A stretch of DNA of 64,000 bases from the NCBI GenBank assembly GCA_963718745.1, contig OY970370.1:140821-204820 (forward strand), given 5' to 3'. The position numbers were made by a program, and so were the translations under genes. Source of the DNA: Candidatus Fermentibacterota bacterium (lineage in GTDB: Bacteria > Fermentibacterota > Fermentibacteria > Fermentibacterales > Fermentibacteraceae). The notes below the pieces were generated by a model. It searched no databases and was not told the origin of the DNA. It worked only from the letters and a program-made list of their open reading frames with translations. Positions 27,600 through 36,763 of this stretch are shown piece by piece; within the stretch, counting starts at the first letter, position 1, and the number at the start of each line of letters is the position of its first letter.

Positions 27600-28076
27600 G
27601 TGAAGGTCGGCACTCTCTGTTACATCAGGCGCGGCGGCAGGACGCTGATGATGCTCAGGACGAAGCTGCGGGGAGATCCGCACTGGGGCAGGTGGAACGG
27701 CCTCGGCGGGAAGATGGAGCCCGGGGAGACCCCGGAGGCCTGCGTGAAGCGCGAGGTACTGGAGGAATCGGGCCTTGTCCTGGAGGATCCCCGTCTCAGA
27801 GGCATCCTCACATTCCCGGCTTTCGAGGGTGATGACGCATGGTATGTCTTCCTCTTCGAGGCCTTCTCGTTCTCGGGCGAACTCCGTGAATGCAGGGAGG
27901 GGTACCTGGAGTGGGTGGACGACTCGGCGATCCCGACTCTGAACATGTGGGAGGGCGACCATCTCTTCCTCTCCTGGATGGCCGAGGGACGGTTCTTCTC
28001 GGGCAGGCTCGCCTATGGACCCGGCGGGCTCGTCGATCATGAAGTGGTCTTCTATTCTTCGGAGGCGGCCAGGTGA
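27600..28076 (+). CDS. 8-oxo-dGTP diphosphatase (MutT/MTH1-like Nudix)
   Basis: TLCYI, WNGLGGKMEPGETPEACVKREVLEESGL Nudix box, EGYLEW, MWEGD; GTG after GGAGG. Confidence 0.92.
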   Translation: MKVGTLCYIRRGGRTLMMLRTKLRGDPHWGRWNGLGGKMEPGETPEACVKREVLEESGLVLEDPRLRGILTFPAFEGDDAWYVFLFEAFSFSGELRECREGYLEWVDDSAIPTLNMWEGDHLFLSWMAEGRFFSGRLAYGPGGLVDHEVVFYSSEAAR

Positions 28077-29449
28077 AGACAGGATTATTCTTCTCGGTCA
28101 TGGCGGCGGCTCTCTCCTGCGGGGGTTCCAGACCCGTCGAACAGGATCCCTCGGGCCGCTGGAACGGCGTGATCTCCATCTCCGGACAGAACATCGACAT
28201 CGCGGTCGAGATTGCCGGCCCGGCCGACTCTCTCTCAGCCACCATCGACATCCCCGTCCAGGGAGCCTTCGACCTGGGGCTCGATCTGGTCTGGATGGAG
28301 GGCGACAGCATCGGTTTCTCACTCCCGTCCTTCCTCGGCACGGCAGGGTTCCGGGGCGTGATTGCGGGCGATGCGATCTCGGGCAGCTTCATCCAGGGCG
28401 GCCAGGAAGGCACATTCATGCTCAGGCGCGCCTTCGGAGGCGAAAGGCCCTACACCTCCCGGGAGGTGGAGTTCGAGTCGGAGGGCTGGACCTACTCCGG
28501 CACCATCACGATGCCCCCGGGCGAAGGTCCCTTCCCCGGCGTCGTGCTGATATCCGGCAGCGGGGTGCAGGGGAGGGATGAGTTCGTATCAGGATTCGGC
28601 GTGCTCGGTGCGATCGCGGACTCCCTCTCGTGCAGCGGAGTCGCGGTGCTGAGGTGCGACGACAGGGGCTACGGAGCGTCACCGGTCGCCGCCCTCTACA
28701 ACACCTACCGGATACTGGCCGCGGATGCCAGGGCGATGCTCAGAGTCCTGGAGGCGGAAGAAGGCGTGGACACCACCAGGACCGGCTTCATCGGACACAG
28801 CGAGGGGTCCACGGTTGCGCTGATCGCCGCCTACGACTCCACGTGCGGCGCCGACTTCGTGATCTGTCTCGCCGGCCCGGCGGTGCCGGGATACGACCTT
28901 CTGATCGAGCAGATCACGGACATCTCGAGACTCGCCGGGGAGGACGAGGAGCGCATCCAGGTGCTCGTCGAAGCCCAGAGGGCCGTGATGGATGCGGTAA
29001 TGGCGGGGGACAGCGGTGTCGCGGCGCTCGATTCCGTCCTCGAATCGCAGATCAGGATCCAGATCGAGTCGCTGTCCGGTGAGGAGCTCGCTGCCCTCGG
29101 CGACGTGGAGAGCTACGTCGCCGCGTCGCTCGTCCAGACAAGGACCATAGCCGGGAGCCCCTGGTTCAGCGAGTTCATAGCGACCGATCCCGCCGAATTT
29201 GCGAGGGCGTGCAGGTGCCCTGTGTCCGCAGTCTACGGCTCGCTCGACGTGCAGGTCGACGCGGATCAGAACGCCCCGGTGATGGCGGAGGCGCTGGCCG
29301 GCAAGGAGGGATCGGCGGTCGAGGTCCTGGAAGGCGCGAACCACCTCTTCCAGACGGCCGTGACCGGGGGGATCGAGGAATACGGTGCACTGGAGCAGGC
29401 ATTCGATCCCGCGCTCCTTCCGCTGCTCCACAGCTGGCTCCGTATCTGA
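28073..29449 (+). CDS. Alpha/beta hydrolase lipoprotein
   Basis: Lipobox ALSC; PGVVLISGSG, LRCDDRG, nucleophile GHSEG, GSLDVQV, ANHLFQ. Confidence 0.9.
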   Translation: MKTGLFFSVMAAALSCGGSRPVEQDPSGRWNGVISISGQNIDIAVEIAGPADSLSATIDIPVQGAFDLGLDLVWMEGDSIGFSLPSFLGTAGFRGVIAGDAISGSFIQGGQEGTFMLRRAFGGERPYTSREVEFESEGWTYSGTITMPPGEGPFPGVVLISGSGVQGRDEFVSGFGVLGAIADSLSCSGVAVLRCDDRGYGASPVAALYNTYRILAADARAMLRVLEAEEGVDTTRTGFIGHSEGSTVALIAAYDSTCGADFVICLAGPAVPGYDLLIEQITDISRLAGEDEERIQVLVEAQRAVMDAVMAGDSGVAALDSVLESQIRIQIESLSGEELAALGDVESYVAASLVQTRTIAGSPWFSEFIATDPAEFARACRCPVSAVYGSLDVQVDADQNAPVMAEALAGKEGSAVEVLEGANHLFQTAVTGGIEEYGALEQAFDPALLPLLHSWLRI

Positions 29450-29610
29450 CAGTTCCAGGTTTAAAAGCTTGAAATGCAGTTGCATCACGTAGTGTAGCAT
29501 GCATATGAATACTGAACTGTCCTGCTGCCTGCGGCATAAACCGTGAAACAGGATATGATGATGCCCGGCATCATGTTGCATGCGCATCTGAAGCATCTGA
29601 AACCAGGAAT
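29450..29610. mobile_element. Putative MITE-like element (~160 bp) with imperfect terminal inverted repeats
   Basis: AT-richer island between convergent genes; left end CAGTTCCAGGTTTAAAAGCTTGAAATGC versus reverse-complemented right end ATTCCTGGTTTCAGATGCTTCAGATGC; each end recurs elsewhere in the window. Confidence 0.5.
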
Positions 29611-29628
29611 GGACCTACCGGTCGCCGA

Positions 29629-30450
29629 TCAGTAGGTGACGGCGAAGAGGAAGGGCCAGTGCTTGCCGGTGAGGATCATGCGGCCTTCCGGGTCGAATGC
29701 TATCCCGTTGAGGACTTCTGCCGACGGCCAGGCATTCCGGTCCAGCAGGCCGGATGCGTCGATTACCGTGAGAACTCTTCCTGTTGCGGCATCGATGGCA
29801 AGCACCGTCTCAAGACCCCACTGGTTCGCGTAGATGATCCCGTCCCTGAACTCCAACTCATTGAGAAGCGAGGCGGCCGATCCACCCACGGTCACCTGCA
29901 TCCTTCGAAGCGGAGCGAAGGTGGCCGGGTCGCGCACCGTGATCACGCCGCTCCCGTCGCTCATGAAGAGTACGCTGTCGGATGCTGTCAGACCCCATCC
30001 CTCTCCAGCGTACTCGAAGGCGCCGCACTCCTCGAGCCCGGGCAGGGAGAACTTCAGTGCAACACCCTCCCGCCAGGTCAGCAGGAACAGGGTATCGTCC
30101 AGGATCGCCACCCCCTCTGCGAACAGCTCTTGCGGCAGGGTCACCTCGTCGAGCACGGCCATCGAGGGATAGTCGATCCTCCGCAGCAGAGAGGAAGCGT
30201 ACCCGCCTGACGATTCGTACAAGTCCCCGTCGTAGAAGCACAGTCCCTGCGTGTACATCGCGGCATCGTGTCCGATGGTGTCTGTAGCGGAGGCATCCGC
30301 GATCCCGTAGGATCGTGTCCGGGGTTCCGCCGTGGTTCCAGCCGGATCGGATGCAGGATGAGAATCCCTGGAACAGGCAGAACCGGCGGCGACCAGCAGG
30401 ACTGAAAGGAGGAGCGACCGGCGGAGATGGCGGGAGATCGGACCGCGCAT
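29629..30450 (-). CDS. Glutaminyl-peptide cyclotransferase (bacterial/plant-type QC), lipoprotein
   Basis: HD..YTQGL, LYESSG, FAEGV, LTWREG, GEGWGL, MSDGS, LNELE, ANQW, VLNGIA, TGKHWP. Confidence 0.93.
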   Translation of the reverse strand: MRGPISRHLRRSLLLSVLLVAAGSACSRDSHPASDPAGTTAEPRTRSYGIADASATDTIGHDAAMYTQGLCFYDGDLYESSGGYASSLLRRIDYPSMAVLDEVTLPQELFAEGVAILDDTLFLLTWREGVALKFSLPGLEECGAFEYAGEGWGLTASDSVLFMSDGSGVITVRDPATFAPLRRMQVTVGGSAASLLNELEFRDGIIYANQWGLETVLAIDAATGRVLTVIDASGLLDRNAWPSAEVLNGIAFDPEGRMILTGKHWPFLFAVTY

Positions 30451-30648
30451 GGAGACTCTCCGAAGGAACAGGAACTGAATCGTTTCGTTACGGACAGGCT
30501 TTCTTCGCTCGCAGATCCGCCCGGGGCCGTCGGCCGATCCGAAAGCCGTCGCGGCCTTCCTTCGTGAAAACCGCGACGGGCTGTCCGGACCGGGCTCGGG
30601 GGAGGGATCGAAGGCGCTGGCAGAAAGTGGCATCGATCCCATCCGCGA

Positions 30649-31611
30649 CTACCTTGTGCCGCCTCCGGAGGAACCGCCCCCGGACGAGCCTCCCCTCGAG
30701 CCGCTTCCCGTCGATGGTGAGACCGGCGCAGCAGAGGAAGAGGAGTAGGCGGCGGGGGAGGAGGCCGTCAGCAGAGCTTCCTGGAAGCGTGCGAGCCTGG
30801 CCTCGTAACCTGCGGTGCGGCCCGAAGCCGTACCGCCGATGTCCTCCATGCGGTCCTCGGGTGACGGATGGGTCTGCCAGAATCCGGGGCCGCTCCTCTG
30901 GGTCACCGAGGCCATGCGCGACAGGACCCGGGAGAGAGCGCCGGGATCGTATCCGGCCGATGCCGCGATTATAACGGCGAGGCTGTCGGCGGAAGTCTCC
31001 GCCTCACGGGAGTAACCCTTGGTGACGAGTGCCTCCGTGATGTCGGAGGCGACATCTCCGTAGCTCTCCGCAGCCTCCTGGAGCTCGCCGGAACCGAAGC
31101 GTTCCGCACCGGCCATGCCTGCTACCGAGAAGGCCTCGATCCAGCGGGACTGCTGCACCGTTCCGACACCGTGGTTCAGGCACACGTGAGCTATCTCGTG
31201 AGCCAGGACGCAGGCCAGCTCGTCCTCGTCCCGGATCTGGTCCAGGAGTCCCCGGGTGATGAAGATGGTGCCCCCCGGGCATGCCATGGCGTTGATCTGG
31301 TTCGAGTCCAGGAGCTGGAAATGCCATCCCCCGTACGTGCAGGGTTTCGGGGAGTTCATGGCCGCCCAGCTCCCCACCGAGTTGAGGTAGGAGTGGAACG
31401 CGAAGCCCCCGGAGGGGGTGAAGTCCGCGAGGATGTTGGCGGCCACCGCACGGCCGATGTAGTACTCTTCGCTGTCCGATATCCCGCGTGAGGCCTGGGC
31501 GAATGCGTCCACCACACCCAGTGCGGTCTGGGCGTCTTCGCTCTCGACTATGTCTGTGATGTCGTCCAGTCCCCATGCGATGAGACTCAGTGCAAGCAGG
31601 AGCCCTGTCAT
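30649..31611 (-). CDS. M48 family zinc metalloprotease with Ser/Gly-rich tail
   Basis: INAMACPGG, DELACVLAHEIAH, GYSREAE, THPSPEDR. Confidence 0.9.
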   Translation of the reverse strand: MTGLLLALSLIAWGLDDITDIVESEDAQTALGVVDAFAQASRGISDSEEYYIGRAVAANILADFTPSGGFAFHSYLNSVGSWAAMNSPKPCTYGGWHFQLLDSNQINAMACPGGTIFITRGLLDQIRDEDELACVLAHEIAHVCLNHGVGTVQQSRWIEAFSVAGMAGAERFGSGELQEAAESYGDVASDITEALVTKGYSREAETSADSLAVIIAASAGYDPGALSRVLSRMASVTQRSGPGFWQTHPSPEDRMEDIGGTASGRTAGYEARLARFQEALLTASSPAAYSSSSAAPVSPSTGSGSRGGSSGGGSSGGGTR

Positions 31612-32141
31612 CGGGAGCCCCCCCTTCCGGACCCGCCGGCGGCAGGTGCGGCCGGCTCGGAGGAGACCTCGGGAAGGAGCGCTGGATCAACCAGGCCGCC
31701 CTGGGCGAGGAAGCTGTTCATGAACGCCTCGCTTATTTCGAAGTCCTCGATCCTGTCGACTGCATCGAAGTCCAGGGCAGGATTGTCACCTGCGTACTCG
31801 GCTTCCACGTCTGAGTTGAAGCCTCTTCCCGCGAGCGTGACCTCGTCCTGGGTGACGGATCCCGATCCGGACGACACCGAGCCGGAACCGGCAGAAGCGG
31901 CCGTCAGGGCGGTAGCGTGGACCCAGCCGCTGAGCGTGGAGGAAGCTGAAACCCTGAACCACTGGTTCCCGACCTCGAGGATCGTGAGGACCTGTCCCAG
32001 CTCCAGTTCGGCCACAGGCTGGGCATAGAACGCGGGTGACGGGAAGATGTACTGTCTCATCACCTTCACGGTCGCCTCGTCACCGGTCGAGAGGACCGGG
32101 TCCGAAGCGAGAAGCGACATCAGCAGCACCAGCAATGTCAT
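31608..32141 (-). CDS. Exported bacterial SH3-like domain protein
   Basis: Signal peptide; VAELELGQVLTILE..WFRV..GWVHATAL; DEVTLAGRGFN..VEAEY. Confidence 0.75.
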   Translation of the reverse strand: MTLLVLLMSLLASDPVLSTGDEATVKVMRQYIFPSPAFYAQPVAELELGQVLTILEVGNQWFRVSASSTLSGWVHATALTAASAGSGSVSSGSGSVTQDEVTLAGRGFNSDVEAEYAGDNPALDFDAVDRIEDFEISEAFMNSFLAQGGLVDPALLPEVSSEPAAPAAGGSGRGGSR

Positions 32142-32151
32142 TCTCCACCCC

Positions 32152-34263
32152 TCACTTGGAAGTCATGTCGAACACGCCGTCCCAGTTCTCGACGGGAGCC
32201 CCGGACAGGAAAACGCGGCACCTGCCCGCCATCACGGCGGAAGGAGCGTCGCCCCCTGACGCGAGGACCTCGAAGAGAGCCGAGGCCCGTGTAAAATCCG
32301 CCCTCCTGTAGGAGGAGAGCGCTTCCGCATATCTGGCCATGCGGCCGGTATCCTCTTCCGAAACCTCTTCACGATAGCCAAGCAGTTCGAATATGTCCAC
32401 CGGGACCTTCTGGCCCACGACCCTTATCGAGTCGAGTTCCCGGAAGGCGAAGGAGTCCCCGGCCTCCTCCACGGTCGCCCGGGAGGCCATTATGAGCGTG
32501 TTGTAGGCCTTGTTGACCCCCTCGAGCCGGGAGGCCAGGTTCACCGAGCTCCCCATGACGGTGTAGTCGAACCGTCTCGAGGACCCCATGTTGCCGACCG
32601 TCATCTGCCCGGTGTTGAGCCCGGTCCTGGGCTTGAGGAGGGGGAGTCCTTCGGACTTCAGGACACGGTTGAGGTCACCGAGCGACTTCCTCATCGAGAG
32701 GACCGCCCTGCAGGCCGCCGCCGCGTGATCCGCACACGGCAGGGGCGCATTCCAGAAGGCGACGATCGCATCACCGATATACTTGTCCAGGGTGCCGTCG
32801 TGCTCCAGCACGGTATCCGTCATAAGGCTCAGATAGCGGTTGAGGAGGCGGACCAGATCGGCCGGAGACAGCTTTTCTGAGAAGGATGTGAATCCGGCCA
32901 GATCGGAGAAGTACACCGTCATGACCTTCTGCTCGCCGCCGAGCACCAGCTGCTCGGGGTGGCGGGAGAGCTGTTCGACAACCGCAGGGGACAGGTACTG
33001 GGAGAACGCCGCACGGATCTCGCGGCGCTGCCTGTTGGCGTTCCCGTAGGACAGGATGCTGCCGGCGAGCAGGGAGGCCAGGCCGGCTGAAAGCGGATAT
33101 GCAGCCTCGATCCAGATGTTCGACCGGAATGCGAGGAATGTGGCGCCGGCATAGGCCGCAAGCACCGCCACTCCCGCAATCCCCTGGACGAACACGGATT
33201 TCCCCGCGAGGAACGCCGCAGCGCAGAGGAGCGAAACGATGAGGGCGCAGGCGAATGCGGACAGCGTGCCCAGGCGCCTGATCGCCACCCCGGAGAGGAG
33301 GTTGTCGGCCGTGGTGGCGTGGACCTCGACGCCAGGACAGACAGCCGAATAGGGGGTCGGCTTGAGGTCGTACAGGCCCGGTGCCGTGTATCCCACGAAA
33401 ACGAGCGCATCCCTGAAGATGGCCGGATCGACGGGGGACGGCTGTCCGGTCGCCTCCGCCTCGATCGCCTGCAGGAGGTCCGCGATCGGCACGTACCTGA
33501 ATGTGGAGGTCGGTCCCCTGAACCTGAGGATCATCCCGTAGTCGTCATCCAGCGGGAAGGAGGCGCTTCCGAAGGAGAGAGCGCCGGGTTCCAGCGAGAT
33601 GGCGGGTCTGCCCGCATGGAGCCATGCCGCGGCGAGGGCGAGCGACGGGACGGGTCCGTCCGGGGTGTCCGTCAGCAGGTCGACGCGCCTGTAGACTCCG
33701 TCAGGGTCGGGAATGGCCGACACGTTTCCGAGTGCCGCAGCTCCGGCGAGTATGGGATCGAATGGAGGCGTGCTGGTCCAGGCTGAGTCGAGACCAGGGA
33801 AACTGCCCGAGACCGGGACGACCGCCTGCGGTGGGATCGGCCTGCCGTCGCGCTTCTGCAGGGCTACAGCGAAGACGGCGTTCCCGAATGCGGCCGCGCT
33901 GTCACCCAGTGCCTGGTCGTCGGATGCGCCGTACAGGGACGGGAGGTCGTAGAGGACATCGAACGCAACGACGCTGGCGCCCCATCTCCGCAGCAGGCCC
34001 AGGCAGTCGCCGTAGAGCTGGCGCGGCCAGGGCCAGCCCAGCCAGGGCAGCCGCTCCAGAGAGCCGCCGTCAACGGTGACAATGACTATGGATGGGTCGG
34101 GCGGAGTCGGTTGCGCCTTGAACCGGAGGTCGAGCGTCCTGTTCTCCAGTGACTGGACGAAGCCGAGACGCGTTACCGGAAGCAGGACGACCGCGCACGC
34201 CAGGGCCAGGGCGAGCAGCCTGAAGTGCAGCGGGATCCTCGAAAGACCTGCTGGAAAGCCCAT
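32152..34263 (-). CDS. CHASE2-domain class III adenylate cyclase
   Basis: WPWPR, AFDVLY, DPDGVYRR, PGVEVHA (CHASE2); three TM; FSDLAGFT, DKYIGDA, GNMGS..FDYTVMG..VNLASRLE. Confidence 0.95.
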   Translation of the reverse strand: MGFPAGLSRIPLHFRLLALALACAVVLLPVTRLGFVQSLENRTLDLRFKAQPTPPDPSIVIVTVDGGSLERLPWLGWPWPRQLYGDCLGLLRRWGASVVAFDVLYDLPSLYGASDDQALGDSAAAFGNAVFAVALQKRDGRPIPPQAVVPVSGSFPGLDSAWTSTPPFDPILAGAAALGNVSAIPDPDGVYRRVDLLTDTPDGPVPSLALAAAWLHAGRPAISLEPGALSFGSASFPLDDDYGMILRFRGPTSTFRYVPIADLLQAIEAEATGQPSPVDPAIFRDALVFVGYTAPGLYDLKPTPYSAVCPGVEVHATTADNLLSGVAIRRLGTLSAFACALIVSLLCAAAFLAGKSVFVQGIAGVAVLAAYAGATFLAFRSNIWIEAAYPLSAGLASLLAGSILSYGNANRQRREIRAAFSQYLSPAVVEQLSRHPEQLVLGGEQKVMTVYFSDLAGFTSFSEKLSPADLVRLLNRYLSLMTDTVLEHDGTLDKYIGDAIVAFWNAPLPCADHAAAACRAVLSMRKSLGDLNRVLKSEGLPLLKPRTGLNTGQMTVGNMGSSRRFDYTVMGSSVNLASRLEGVNKAYNTLIMASRATVEEAGDSFAFRELDSIRVVGQKVPVDIFELLGYREEVSEEDTGRMARYAEALSSYRRADFTRASALFEVLASGGDAPSAVMAGRCRVFLSGAPVENWDGVFDMTSK

Positions 34264-34417
34264 CTGTCCTCCCGTTCCAGGTTGTCGATCCGAAGCATTA
34301 TTGCCATGGAACACTCCAAGTCAACAGCCGGGCTTCCTGCAGCCGGGCTTCCGGACTAGAATCGTGACTGCGCGTCGCAACAAGCGGAATCAGGCTATCA
34401 CGGAAGGATCCGGAGGA

Positions 34418-35503
34418 GTGGACAACGGTGCTCTGAGACTCGGCTCGGTTCTCAGGATCCTCAAGGCCATCAACAGGGTCCGCGACCTCGACACGCTCCT
34501 CGCCCTGCTGGCGAAGGAGGCCTCGGCTTCCCTCGGAGCGGAGCGTTCCACCGTGTTCATCCATGACAGGAAGCGCAACTCCCTCTGGTCGGTCGTCGCC
34601 GAGGGGCTGGACAGGCAGATCTGGATCGATTCCTCGAGGGGTCTGGCGGGACACGTACTCCACTCGGGACATACTCTGATCACGAACGACGCCTCGAAGG
34701 ACGGCAGGTTCAACCCGTCGGTCGACAGGTCAACCGGGTTCACGACGAGGAGCGCCCTCACGGTTCCCATAAGGGACACCAGGGGAGAGGTGACGGGTGT
34801 CTTCCAGGCCGTGAACAAGCTGGACGGCGCGTTCACCCCCGAGGATGCCGACTTCCTGGAGGCGGTGGCGGCCGAGGCCGGCGTCACGATAGAGAACGTG
34901 TCCCTATACGAGCACAGGCGCAGGATGCTCGAGTCACTCATCCGAGCCCTGGCGGACTCCATCGAGGCCCGGGATCCCATGACCGCGGGGCACAGTGAGA
35001 ACGTGATGAGACATGCCGGCGGGATCTCGAGGGCCATGGGGCTTCCTCCGGCGACCGTGAGGGAGATCGAGTACGCCGCGCTGCTGCACGATTACGGGAA
35101 GATCGGAGTGCCGGACGCCGTCCTGCGGAAGCCCGACCCCCTCGACGAGGTGGAGACGGGCGTCATGCGAAGCCATGTGGAGCACACCGGGAGGATCCTC
35201 AGCGCCATCGACTTCGAGGAGGACCTGGAGGATGTCGCGAGGTTCGCCATCGAACACCACGAGAGGATAGACGGATCCGGCTATCCCGCCGGTATCTCCG
35301 GGGACGCCATCTCGCTGGGCGGCCGGATCATCGCGGTCGCCGACGTTTTCGAGGCCCTCACGGCCAGGCGCCACTACCGCGAGCCCATGGAGGTCGGGGC
35401 TGCGCTCGAACTCATTTCCCAGGGAGCCGGATCAGCATTCGACCCCGTCGTCGTGGCGGCTCTCCAGTCATATCTCGGAGGAAGACAGGTTCAGCAGGGA
35501 TGA
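34418..35503 (+). CDS. GAF-domain HD-GYP phosphodiesterase
   Basis: GAF (GLAGHV, RFNPSVDRSTGFTTRS, NKLDG); EARD..TAGHS, HDYGKIG, HHERIDGSGYP. Confidence 0.93.
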   Translation: MDNGALRLGSVLRILKAINRVRDLDTLLALLAKEASASLGAERSTVFIHDRKRNSLWSVVAEGLDRQIWIDSSRGLAGHVLHSGHTLITNDASKDGRFNPSVDRSTGFTTRSALTVPIRDTRGEVTGVFQAVNKLDGAFTPEDADFLEAVAAEAGVTIENVSLYEHRRRMLESLIRALADSIEARDPMTAGHSENVMRHAGGISRAMGLPPATVREIEYAALLHDYGKIGVPDAVLRKPDPLDEVETGVMRSHVEHTGRILSAIDFEEDLEDVARFAIEHHERIDGSGYPAGISGDAISLGGRIIAVADVFEALTARRHYREPMEVGAALELISQGAGSAFDPVVVAALQSYLGGRQVQQG

Positions 35504-35527
35504 CATGGCGGGGTCGGAGCCAGGGCT

Positions 35528-36763
35528 CTATCCCGTGGTCGCCCGGGCCTTCCACTTCCCCAGGAGCGCGTAGTAGGAGAGCGCCGACAGAAGATAGAAC
35601 CCGATGGTCAGGTAGAACGAGAAGGCGAAGGAGAACTCCTCGAGTATCGCCCCTCCGACCACGGCGCTGACGGACCAGGCGCCGTTCCAGGAAATTGCGG
35701 AAACAGCGTTCGTGAACGGCCTGTCCTCGGGCTTCAGCAGCTCCATCTCGAAATTGGCGGCGATGGGCAGGTTCATGTTCATCAGAGCGCCTCTCATCAC
35801 GAAGGCCGCGACGGCGAGAGGCAGATTCCTGGTCAGCGCCAGCACGAGCATGAACGGAACCGAGAGCAGCTCCGTGACCACGATGCTCCCGACCATCCCG
35901 AACTTCCTGGCGAGCAGGGGGGCGGAGAGCATCCCCAGGAACAGCCCCACCTGCATGATGGAGAAGTAGAAGCCTATCCTGGTGGAATCCAGGCCGAACT
36001 CGTTCCTGAAGTAGAGATTCATGAAGGGGATGACCAGACCGGCTCCGAGTCCGACCAGGATCTTGGGGATCATGAGCCGCCAGATGACAGGCCAGTCGTA
36101 GGACTTCAGCTTGTGCAGGAATCCCAGGCCATGCAGGCGTGCGGCTGGCGGCGAGTCATCCATCCGTGCGAATGGCACTATCGCAAGCATGCCGGCCGCT
36201 ATCGCGAAATAGAGGGCGATCTCCTGGGCGCCGGCAGTATCCGCGGCGATGCCGCTCCATCTGACCAGCTCCGGGAGGAACCCGCCGAAGAGGAAGCCCA
36301 TCAGGCTCGACAGCATCCCTACGGCGGAGTTGACGCTGAAGACGTAGATCCGCTCGCCCTCGCCGCTGCCGGACATCAGGAACGGCGAGGCGGATATCCT
36401 GTAGAAGGTGACGAACATGGTGGCGGAGAAGCTCATGAGCCTGAGCAGCGGGACCTCGCGGGCCATTATCATCAGGGCGTAGCAGGCCGAAGACAGGACG
36501 GTCGACCAGACCAGCACCTTCTTTATTGAGACCCTCTCGAGGACGAGAGCGGCAGGCACGGCTGCCACGGCCGCTCCCAGCGACCCGGCCGCCAGGATCT
36601 GACCTATCGAGGTCTCCGTGAAGGCGTTTTCCTTGAGGTAGAGATTGAAGAGCAGGCTGAAGACGGACATTCCCAGCCCGTTGAAGAGTCCGCCCCAGAT
36701 GAAGAGGCGCACGTTGCCCGAGAAGGCCCTCACTCCCTCACGGTAGCGCCGGGCCTGGTTCAT
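35528..36763 (-). CDS. MFS transporter
   Basis: About 12 hydrophobic segments; LFNLYL, GLGAGLVIPFMNLYF, RGALMNM. Confidence 0.88.
   Translation of the reverse strand: MNQARRYREGVRAFSGNVRLFIWGGLFNGLGMSVFSLLFNLYLKENAFTETSIGQILAAGSLGAAVAAVPAALVLERVSIKKVLVWSTVLSSACYALMIMAREVPLLRLMSFSATMFVTFYRISASPFLMSGSGEGERIYVFSVNSAVGMLSSLMGFLFGGFLPELVRWSGIAADTAGAQEIALYFAIAAGMLAIVPFARMDDSPPAARLHGLGFLHKLKSYDWPVIWRLMIPKILVGLGAGLVIPFMNLYFRNEFGLDSTRIGFYFSIMQVGLFLGMLSAPLLARKFGMVGSIVVTELLSVPFMLVLALTRNLPLAVAAFVMRGALMNMNLPIAANFEMELLKPEDRPFTNAVSAISWNGAWSVSAVVGGAILEEFSFAFSFYLTIGFYLLSALSYYALLGKWKARATTG

Noticed and set aside
26637-28076. 479-aa Nudix fusion
   Set aside because: N-terminal 321 codons are antisense to the 26700-27500 gene; the Nudix gene has its own GGAGG-GTG at 27600
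824-29610. CRISPR repeats or integron attC sites for the dispersed motif
   Set aside because: Copies are kilobases apart with no regular spacers or cas genes; no RYYYAAC/GTTRRRY pairs or integrase
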